Assembly (NCBI GenBank): GCA_028704635.1
Contig: JAQWFB010000001.1
Span: 69,541 to 133,540, forward strand
Source of the DNA: Candidatus Shapirobacteria bacterium
GTDB lineage: Bacteria; Patescibacteriota; Microgenomatia; UBA12405
Reading direction: 5' to 3'
Length of the DNA stretch: 64,000 bases
Below, in pieces: positions 28,283 to 35,926 of the stretch (within the stretch, counting starts at the first letter, position 1; every line of letters begins with the position of its first letter). A program made the position numbers and the translations under genes. The notes beneath the pieces are model-generated. The model searched no databases and had not been told where the DNA came from. It worked only from the letters and a program-made list of their open reading frames with translations.

Positions 28283-28614
28283 TTAGTTGAACTTTGCCAA
28301 GCTGTTAAGAGTCTTCCAATCTCATTAATCAATTCCATAAAATGAGTATATCTTTTAACCGACAACATATTTATATCCTTTGACAATCTAACCTGGATTC
28401 TAAAAACATCCAAAAGTGTTGAAATTTGTTTTTGTTCTTCTTTTCGGTCATTTTTTGAATTAGCCACAATGGTTAATCGCAACATTTCCAAATTCGATTC
28501 CAATAATTTATTAGAAATCAAAAACCGTTGGCTTTTAGGAAATTTAGACACCACCATATTAGTGTAAAGATATAAGTCATACAATTTTTGAAAAATAATC
28601 AGGTGATCAGTCAT
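28267..28614 (-). CDS. avd: DGR accessory variability determinant Avd (four-helix bundle)
   Basis: LIIFQKLYDL...FPKSQRF...EIGRLLTAW; adjacent to VR-bearing gene. Confidence 0.9.
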   Translation of the reverse strand: MTDHLIIFQKLYDLYLYTNMVVSKFPKSQRFLISNKLLESNLEMLRLTIVANSKNDRKEEQKQISTLLDVFRIQVRLSKDINMLSVKRYTHFMELINEIGRLLTAWQSSTKVQAA

Positions 28615-28717
28615 AATTAAAATTTTATTAAAGATTTATTAAAAATTTATTAAATATTGTTATGGTTTTAAATCGCTTACCAGATCCCCAGATTTTTAGA
28701 TAAAAAAAAAGGAAAGA

Positions 28718-28728
28718 TAGCTACGCTA
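28718..28728 (-). promoter_or_regulatory. DGR target-recognition DNA hairpin downstream of VR
   Basis: TAGC-GTA-GCTA (GCGNAGC mini-hairpin) 2 nt after target stop; absent after TR. Confidence 0.6.
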
Positions 28729-28730
28729 AA

Positions 28731-28859
28731 TTACTGCAGAGGGGCCACGCAACGGAAACCAATGTTGTAGCCCGAGTTGCCGGGCGCATTGCTCAGAGAG
28801 AGGGTCCAGACACCGGCATTAGAACCGCTGCTCCAATACCCACCCCGTAGAAAAGCGTA
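28731..28859 (-). repeat. DGR variable repeat (VR)
   Basis: 3' end of target gene; differs from TR only at TR adenines. Confidence 0.97.
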
Positions 28860-31103
28860 AACGGTGCTGTCAGCATCAGCCACATCACTATAAGTATAAA
28901 TTCTTCCTACTCCCTGATTAGCATTCCAGGACGGGTTAGACGGCCTAATCGCATCATATCCTACCGAACTTCCTTGACCATTGTTAACCAAAATTCTTGT
29001 TGTTGAACCACTGGCAAAATCAGTCCAACCAAAACCCACATCCGGAGTTCCCGAAGTGGCCGAATCCGGTTCATCTTTCCTCAAAACCGTATTATCTGTC
29101 CATTCCCAAACATTACCCGCCATATCCCAAATAGTTTCTCCATTAGAAAGAGTCAAAGTTCGTTTTTGAGTTCCACCCGATCCACACGCAGTATTAACAT
29201 CTTTCGTCACCGTACCATAACAACCCTGGGAATCATCAGTTGATGCCTGAAGGGCAAAAGCCGGACCATTATCATTATGTCCAGAAGCCACAATCTTACC
29301 GCTTTGGCCAGGAGTAAAACCACAACTACCACCGTTGGAATCACACCAGTTACTGCCCATTTTTTCTAAATTACGGGCAATCGTCATGTACTCATTATTA
29401 GTTATCAAATGCCAACCCCGATCAGAACAAAGGCTTTTAGCATCAATTGCTGAACCATTATCTTGTGTCACATTAGCAATCGGATATCCCGCCGCCGATG
29501 ATACTATTTGCCTTCCGCCAGTATTACAGGGATATGAACTATTTGGCCAAGTATTATAACCTGTATCTTGAGTAATATTTCCCACTCCATCGCTGTTATC
29601 ATCACACTTAGCATTATATTTCATTACACAAAAATCACTGGTTCCATATAAAGGATCTCCTGGCACATGAATAAAACCAGTCGGACAAACCCTCTGGGCA
29701 TTACTAGCTTGAAGCGAATAATTTTTTCCCAAAGTTATCGCTCCACCAGAAAAATCAGCCGCTACTTCAAATAAAGTCCTATTGTATGGGTAAATCATCA
29801 CTTCATCAATTTTGCCATTAAAATAATTTGGGGTCGTTCCCGCCTTACCCACTAAAACCGCTCCTGGTGTTACCGACCACAAAGCCAAAGCTGGTGAAGA
29901 AATTAACCTAGCATTTTTGTAAAAATAAGCATTAGTTCCATCATAAGATACTGCCACGTGTGTCCAAGTATTAGCCTGAATCCCAGCTCCACTACTTGTC
30001 ACTGTTGTTCCACCTAAACTACCAAAATTTAACTCGCCACCACTAGTCAATTGAAAAGTATAGCCGCCAGTATTTGGCTGAGAAATAATGGCATAATTCC
30101 CCAAAGATGTCACATAAATCCAAGCTGATAACGTAATTGATCCACCCAATTGAAATTTAGAGTTACTGCCCAAATCCACATACTGACTATTGGCACTGGT
30201 TAATTGCAAACCATAATTTCTCACCCCAGTAATCCACTGTGCATTTCCAGAAAAATTTATCAAAGCCGCCCGAGAATAATTTGGGGCTTTATTCATTGTT
30301 TGATACCCAGAACCATCATCAAAACCTAATTTCACCACTGGTTTACCCCTTTCTTGTGAATAAGCCAGCGAACCGTCATTTCTAGCGCCAGTTGTTAATC
30401 TCACTTCATCAACGGTTCCATTTAAGAAATTACTGTAAGTTGAGGCTCCAGTTTTAGTGGTCGCCAAATAAAAATTTGAAGCCGTATCGGCCAAAGCCCC
30501 ACCCACACTAGCGGTAGTGCCTTCCCTTACCCCATTAACATAAATATAAATAGTACTCAAACTAGCATTGTAATATCCTTGCAATAAATACCATTGATTG
30601 GGCAATATTTGTGTTTGTCCCATCACTGTTTTAATATTGGCCGCCGTTCCATCCGTCGATACCTGAAACTTAGGAAAATTCCTTCCAGTCGAATCTGTTT
30701 CCACTGTTAATCTATAACTGCGAATATCCGTAGTTTCATCCCATTTTCCCAAAACTGTTTGAATCGTTCCAGAAACATTTGAAACCGCACTAAACTTCAC
30801 CCAAGCTTCAATCGAAAAACTGCCAGTTTGGGAAAACTCAGTACTATCCAGTGCCATCGCATAATTATTAATTCCATTAAATTTCAAACCCCTTCCATAT
30901 TTACCCACCCCTGTAGTCGGCAAGGAAGCACCGGTACTATAAGTAGCAATATTATTATTTCCCATTTTATCCTTAGTATTAGTACTAAGATCCGTCATAT
31001 CTTCAAAGTCATATTGAACCACCGGAGTATCCCAAACAGCATATTGCGCCGCCGCCTGTCGAAAAGAAAAAAGCCATAATAATAAAGCTATTAACAAACA
31101 CAT
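28731..31103 (-). CDS. DGR target: secreted protein with two LamG-like domains and C-terminal CLec/FGE-like variable domain
   Basis: Signal peptide, FSIEAWVK/GTVDEVR and ITLSAWI/GKIDEV LamG motifs, DMAGNVWEW...RGG.W...IGFRC. Confidence 0.9.
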   Translation of the reverse strand: MCLLIALLLWLFSFRQAAAQYAVWDTPVVQYDFEDMTDLSTNTKDKMGNNNIATYSTGASLPTTGVGKYGRGLKFNGINNYAMALDSTEFSQTGSFSIEAWVKFSAVSNVSGTIQTVLGKWDETTDIRSYRLTVETDSTGRNFPKFQVSTDGTAANIKTVMGQTQILPNQWYLLQGYYNASLSTIYIYVNGVREGTTASVGGALADTASNFYLATTKTGASTYSNFLNGTVDEVRLTTGARNDGSLAYSQERGKPVVKLGFDDGSGYQTMNKAPNYSRAALINFSGNAQWITGVRNYGLQLTSANSQYVDLGSNSKFQLGGSITLSAWIYVTSLGNYAIISQPNTGGYTFQLTSGGELNFGSLGGTTVTSSGAGIQANTWTHVAVSYDGTNAYFYKNARLISSPALALWSVTPGAVLVGKAGTTPNYFNGKIDEVMIYPYNRTLFEVAADFSGGAITLGKNYSLQASNAQRVCPTGFIHVPGDPLYGTSDFCVMKYNAKCDDNSDGVGNITQDTGYNTWPNSSYPCNTGGRQIVSSAAGYPIANVTQDNGSAIDAKSLCSDRGWHLITNNEYMTIARNLEKMGSNWCDSNGGSCGFTPGQSGKIVASGHNDNGPAFALQASTDDSQGCYGTVTKDVNTACGSGGTQKRTLTLSNGETIWDMAGNVWEWTDNTVLRKDEPDSATSGTPDVGFGWTDFASGSTTRILVNNGQGSSVGYDAIRPSNPSWNANQGVGRIYTYSDVADADSTVYAFLRGGYWSSGSNAGVWTLSLSNAPGNSGYNIGFRCVAPLQ

Positions 31104-31240
31104 AATTCAGTATAACAAAATTTCTCTCCGCTAATTATATCTTTATTTCAAAAAATGAAATTTTAGTCAAAATTTCAGATTTAATTCCTGATATTCTATA
31201 CGTAGAAGATATCTAAAGTTTGATATATAACTAAACAATA

Positions 31241-32254
31241 ATGAATAGAAACTCATTGAACCAAATAATTAAGGACAGAATATTTGCCTCAAACGGAAAA
31301 ATATTTCAGGAATTAATTTGGAAAATTTTAATAAAAGTCTATCCAGATTTACAAACCCCTAAAATGCAACACGATCTTGGAAATGATGGCTATTCTACTA
31401 AAGAAAAAACATTTTTTGCTTGTTATGCGATCGAAGGAAATAAATACGACAACACCGAAACCATAAACAAAATTAACGACGATTATGATAAATTTGTAGA
31501 TAATTGGAAAAATAGAGGTTCTTTTAATAAATGGGTGTTTATAACAAAAGATGATTTAATGGGAATACCACATCAAACTATTGTAAACTTAAATTCAAAT
31601 AATGATGGTATTCTTAAAGAACTTTGGGGATTACCTCAGTTATTAGATAACTGCAATAATATTTCCGATAAAGACATACGAGTAATTTTCAACATTGAAG
31701 AAGATCCTAAATATATCTGTAACGGCGGAAATCAATTTAATCAACAAACGGACGGAAGTATTACTAATATATTTCAAAATTCAGAAAAACAAACTGACTT
31801 AGAAAGAACAATAATCGAAGAAATTTTTGAAAATGTTTTAAGTAAATTGAGTCCCTCCACATTACAAGAAAAAGTCTCAGACAAAAAACATTTAAATATA
31901 ACCAGTAAAATAGCATTAAATTTTGTCGATGAAGCAGACAGAGAAGATGTTGGACAATATTTTTCGTATGCCTTGACTAAAATTGATGAGATAGAGAGGA
32001 GAATTCAATTAGAGGATTCCGAAACTCAAAAAGATATCGAATCATATATCTACGGTCTTTACAAGCAATTTACTAGAAAAAATATTAGTAATATTGAAAT
32101 ATTAGAGTCATTATTTAGGGAAATAATTCCTCCAAACAAATCTCACGACCCCAAATATGTGAATCTATCAAGAGCATTCGTTCTGCTATTTTTTGATGAT
32201 TGTACAATCTTTAAAAAGACAAAGGAGGAAATAAAAAATGCTGTTACCAACTAA
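31241..32254 (+). CDS. ABC-three-component (Lamassu LmuA-like) effector with restriction-endonuclease-like N-terminus
   Basis: FQELIWKIL...DLGNDGY..FACY N-terminal motif, FFDDCTIF C-terminus; first of a 3-gene coupled operon. Confidence 0.7.
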   Translation: MNRNSLNQIIKDRIFASNGKIFQELIWKILIKVYPDLQTPKMQHDLGNDGYSTKEKTFFACYAIEGNKYDNTETINKINDDYDKFVDNWKNRGSFNKWVFITKDDLMGIPHQTIVNLNSNNDGILKELWGLPQLLDNCNNISDKDIRVIFNIEEDPKYICNGGNQFNQQTDGSITNIFQNSEKQTDLERTIIEEIFENVLSKLSPSTLQEKVSDKKHLNITSKIALNFVDEADREDVGQYFSYALTKIDEIERRIQLEDSETQKDIESYIYGLYKQFTRKNISNIEILESLFREIIPPNKSHDPKYVNLSRAFVLLFFDDCTIFKKTKEEIKNAVTN

Positions 32255-32468
32255 ACATGAAATTTTAAAAAATAACGAGTTGGTTATCGGGGCAAAAATA
32301 ATTAATTTGTTATCAAAAAAGACATCAGTTAATATTACTGACTTATTTGAAGAAACTGTAAAGATAGACTCAATATCTCTTAATCAATTTTATGATACAT
32401 TAACGTTTTTATGGTTAGCTGATATTGTTATATTAGAGAAATTCAAAGTTCAACTTTTAAAACGATAA
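32238..32468 (+). CDS. ABC-three-component middle component (LmuC-like)
   Basis: 76 aa, MLLPTKH...IGAKII...LTFLWL pattern, between effector and ATPase. Confidence 0.7.
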   Translation: MLLPTKHEILKNNELVIGAKIINLLSKKTSVNITDLFEETVKIDSISLNQFYDTLTFLWLADIVILEKFKVQLLKR

Positions 32469-32469
32469 T

Positions 32470-34230
32470 ATGTTTTTACAAAAATTATATTCTGAGCCTA
32501 ATGGTCTATTTAAAACAATTGAGTTTAAAGATGGAGTTAATTTTATCTTTGGAAAAAAGGAAAAGACATCCGATCCGAAAGAATCACTAAATGGGATTGG
32601 TAAATCATTAACCCTCGATTTTTTAGATTTTTGTCTACTCTCATCATTCCAAAAAAATCATTGTCCTCGACTATTTGATGCCTCTCAATATTTATTGGGA
32701 TACCAAATATGTTTAGAGTTTGAAATTGATGATTCAAACTACATCATTAAACGTAATATTGAAACTTCTAGTAAAATAATCATTGGGCCGATTGGAAAAG
32801 AAAAGGAATTATCTTTAAAAGAGGCTAAAGAATATCTTTGTGACCTAATTTTCAAAAGAAATTATGGTGGTTATTATTCAAATAGTTGGCTAAGAAAATT
32901 ATTACCGTTTTTTATAAAAATACAGAAACAAAAAAGCGACAGTTTTACCGACCCGATTAAATACATAAATGAAAGTTCCGTAGCTGAATTACTACAATAT
33001 CACTTTTTTCTATTAGATATTGACAATAAATTGTCTAAATATAATTTTGAACTTCAAAATAATATCAAACAAAAAGAACCTGCACTAAAAGAAGTAAAAA
33101 GTATTGTGGAAGACACCTATGAACTACGTGATATCTCCGAAGCTTCAAATAAGATAGATATATTGAATAAGGATATTGATAAGTTGGAAAAAGCAATTTC
33201 TAACTTTAAATTATCAGAGGAGTATTTTGACGTTGAGAATGATGCCAACGGACTTACTAAAAAAATTAAGGATATTTGGTTTAATAATTTTTCTGATAGA
33301 AAAAAGATATCCTCTTATGAGGATAGTTTTAAATTGGATACTGATATTGATACTAAAAAAATTCATAATATCTACAAACAGTTTAATGAATTACTTGCAG
33401 GTAATATCCAAAAAACCCTAGAAGAGGCGGTTCAATTTAGAATAGATTTAAGTAAATCAAGAAAAGAATTCATTCTTTCTGAGATTGATGAATTAAAAAA
33501 AATTATTACAAAAAGAGAAATAGAGGTAGAAGAGCTTGAAAACAAAAGAGCAAAACTATTTACATTTTTGTCCTCAAAAAAAGCTATTGAGGATTTATCT
33601 GAAGCATACCTTGCTTTAACTCAAAAGAAAGATTCCTCAAAGGATTTAGAGGGTAAAATAAGGCTGTATACTGATTTGTCGAAAGAATTAGCTGAACTAC
33701 GTGTTGAAGAGAAAAAAGTAGAAAAAGATTTTATTGGTTTTACAGAAGAATTCAACGGATCAATTTCAAAATTCAGAGGTATATTTTCAGATATATACAA
33801 CGCAGTCTATCCTCAAAATAAAGACGAATCTATTCTTTCGATAAAATCTGCTCCAAATACAAACGCCAAACTTGAGTTTAATATCACTTTTCCAAGTATG
33901 TACTCAAAAGGTAGAAATCAAGGAAGAACATTAATTTATGACTTAGCTATGTTGATTTATATGGAAACAAATAAAATTAGAGGACCGAGATTTCTTGTTC
34001 ATGATGGTATCTTTGATGGAATGGATAAAGCTCATTTTGTTTCTTTATATGAATACCTTGAAAATCTTAAGACACACTTAAGGTTTCAATATATTATTAC
34101 TATGAACGAAGAGGGAACACTGAACGATAACTTTGGTAATACTGATGCTGTTAGTCCGGAAAAAATTGCCATCGAAGCTATTGTACTTTTAACTCCAAAC
34201 AATAAACTATTGGGAAAAGATTTTAATTAA
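32470..34230 (+). CDS. SMC-like ABC ATPase (DUF2326, LmuB-like)
   Basis: NGIGKS Walker A, long coiled coil, FLVHDG Walker B, QYIIT. Confidence 0.85.
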   Translation: MFLQKLYSEPNGLFKTIEFKDGVNFIFGKKEKTSDPKESLNGIGKSLTLDFLDFCLLSSFQKNHCPRLFDASQYLLGYQICLEFEIDDSNYIIKRNIETSSKIIIGPIGKEKELSLKEAKEYLCDLIFKRNYGGYYSNSWLRKLLPFFIKIQKQKSDSFTDPIKYINESSVAELLQYHFFLLDIDNKLSKYNFELQNNIKQKEPALKEVKSIVEDTYELRDISEASNKIDILNKDIDKLEKAISNFKLSEEYFDVENDANGLTKKIKDIWFNNFSDRKKISSYEDSFKLDTDIDTKKIHNIYKQFNELLAGNIQKTLEEAVQFRIDLSKSRKEFILSEIDELKKIITKREIEVEELENKRAKLFTFLSSKKAIEDLSEAYLALTQKKDSSKDLEGKIRLYTDLSKELAELRVEEKKVEKDFIGFTEEFNGSISKFRGIFSDIYNAVYPQNKDESILSIKSAPNTNAKLEFNITFPSMYSKGRNQGRTLIYDLAMLIYMETNKIRGPRFLVHDGIFDGMDKAHFVSLYEYLENLKTHLRFQYIITMNEEGTLNDNFGNTDAVSPEKIAIEAIVLLTPNNKLLGKDFN

Positions 34231-34294
34231 AGATTTTAATAACAGTTTTCAATACAATCTATTTCATAAGTTGACTTTTTATTTAGTATTTTAA

Positions 34295-34446
34295 AGGGGT
34301 TGCACCCCTCATTTAACAAGGGTTTCCGTTTCACTCCAATGAACTGCTCCGCCTGCTGGCGGATTGCCCTTGTTAAATTTCACCCTGCTTTTTAAATCAC
34401 TTTTAATTTGGGCAGGCAGGTATCACTACCTACCCAAATTTAAAAA
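34295..34446. other. Cluster of nested inverted repeats (candidate ssDNA promoter / single-strand origin)
   Basis: AGGGG/CCCCT; TTTAACAAGGG/CCCTTGTTAAA enclosing TCCGCC/GGCGGA; AATTTGGG/CCCAAATT. Confidence 0.6.
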
Positions 34447-34467
34447 TTATAAAAAGGAGAAAAACAA

Positions 34468-34770
34468 ATGAAATTGCTAACAGTCGAGCTTATAAACACC
34501 TTTAAAAGAGTGGGGAGACAAGAAGAAGTTAAAGATCCCTTAGTTATTGCTAAGTTTTTTAATCCCACTGGTGCTGGGACTTGGTATGCCACTGAATACG
34601 AACCAGAATCCAAAATGTTTTTTGGTTATGTCTCTATCTTTAGAGATGATAATGACGAATGGGGTTATTTTTCCCTTGAGGAATTAGAAAGTATTAGAGG
34701 CTATTTTGGCTTAGGTATTGAACGTGATCTTTATTTCACCTCAAAACCATTTAGTCAGATTAAGTATTAA
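34468..34770 (+). CDS. DUF2958-family protein
   Basis: AKFFNPTGAGTWYATE..FFGYV..EWGYFSLEEL..IERDLYF; SD AAGGAG. Confidence 0.85.
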   Translation: MKLLTVELINTFKRVGRQEEVKDPLVIAKFFNPTGAGTWYATEYEPESKMFFGYVSIFRDDNDEWGYFSLEELESIRGYFGLGIERDLYFTSKPFSQIKY

Positions 34771-34795
34771 TTATTTATTAAATATTAATTAAAAA

Positions 34796-34987
34796 ATGAT
34801 TAGAAAATTACCAATATTCAAAGGTTATACAGTTGATTTAAGGCTTCAAGAATTTAGAAAAATAGAGGCTGATAAATTACCTGAGTTTATCCCGTTATTA
34901 AGCGATAAAGGTGCCCGTCTGTTTTGGGAATTTAAACAGACTCATGCCGGTCAAAAAGAATTAGATCACTATTTAGGCCGTAAATAA
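34796..34987 (+). CDS. Small hypothetical protein
   Basis: 63-aa ORF co-oriented with DUF2958. Confidence 0.55.
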   Translation: MIRKLPIFKGYTVDLRLQEFRKIEADKLPEFIPLLSDKGARLFWEFKQTHAGQKELDHYLGRK

Positions 34988-35018
34988 TAGAAAAATAAGA
35001 AAAACACCCCAGATGAAA

Positions 35019-35789
35019 TTAATTTTTCTCTGGGGTATTTTTTTCTTCAAAAGCACTAACCCATCTATTTGATGGTTCAATGGATAGATAAAAATCAATT
35101 TCTTCTTGATCTTCTTCTTCCATAATTCTAGGGATAAAAGAATGTAAATACTTTTTAATTGAATCATTGGGGCAGAGGATTAGAATTTTTGGAAAAGGAT
35201 GTTTAGTAACTTCTTGCCAAGTGTTGGCATTGTAATATTCTAAATATTGTTTAATTTTAGCCCGGATAACAAATCTGGGTGTGTCTTCGTCAATGATTTC
35301 CAAAAAATAGCGTTTGATTTTTTTGTTTTCCTTTGTGGCAATATAAGCATCTGGGTGTTTGTCCGGCAAATAATCGTAATTTATTAAATCAATTTTAGTA
35401 TAGAAAAATATTTCTTCAGGCAGATGAGATTTTTTAAGACTTAAATAAAAATCAGCTGATAATAAACAATGGTTAATAAATTTTTGAGTTCTCTTTTTCT
35501 CTCCATAAATTCGTTTCATTAATTTGGCATCTTTTTCCAGTTGATCAATTAAATAATTTTTACTTTTGCTTTTTAAAAAATAAATTGCTGGTTTAATATT
35601 GTCACCTAATTTATTTGAGTAGTTTCTACCAATTATTTTTTTATCATTTAGATTTTTTAACCAGATATTAATCTGACTTATTTTTTTATGATTCAGTAGT
35701 TGTTGTATTTGTAATCTGTTTAAGAATCGAAATCTGTAGAGCAGTATTATTATTTCTAATTGTTTTTTAGTTATGTTGTTTTTATCCAT
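35019..35789 (-). CDS. Replication-relaxation (Replic_Relax, MOB_C-like) protein
   Basis: N-terminal wHTH (LYRFRFLNRLQIQ), HCL, PDAY, FLEI, KIKQY; downstream of coupling protein. Confidence 0.8.
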   Translation of the reverse strand: MDKNNITKKQLEIIILLYRFRFLNRLQIQQLLNHKKISQINIWLKNLNDKKIIGRNYSNKLGDNIKPAIYFLKSKSKNYLIDQLEKDAKLMKRIYGEKKRTQKFINHCLLSADFYLSLKKSHLPEEIFFYTKIDLINYDYLPDKHPDAYIATKENKKIKRYFLEIIDEDTPRFVIRAKIKQYLEYYNANTWQEVTKHPFPKILILCPNDSIKKYLHSFIPRIMEEEDQEEIDFYLSIEPSNRWVSAFEEKNTPEKN

Positions 35790-35926
35790 TTTATTTTTTT
35801 ATTCTAGAAACCATCAAGAGAGTTTATCTTTATTCACTCTCTTACTCTATAAGAGTAAAGAGACTAAATTTAAAATTGATTATCCCTAAATTCAGGATAA
35901 ATATTAAAAATTTTTAATGTAGCGGG

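Noticed and set aside
28622-28656. TTTATTAAA x3 with 11-bp period upstream of avd
   Set aside because: Low-complexity AT sequence; cannot be distinguished from chance
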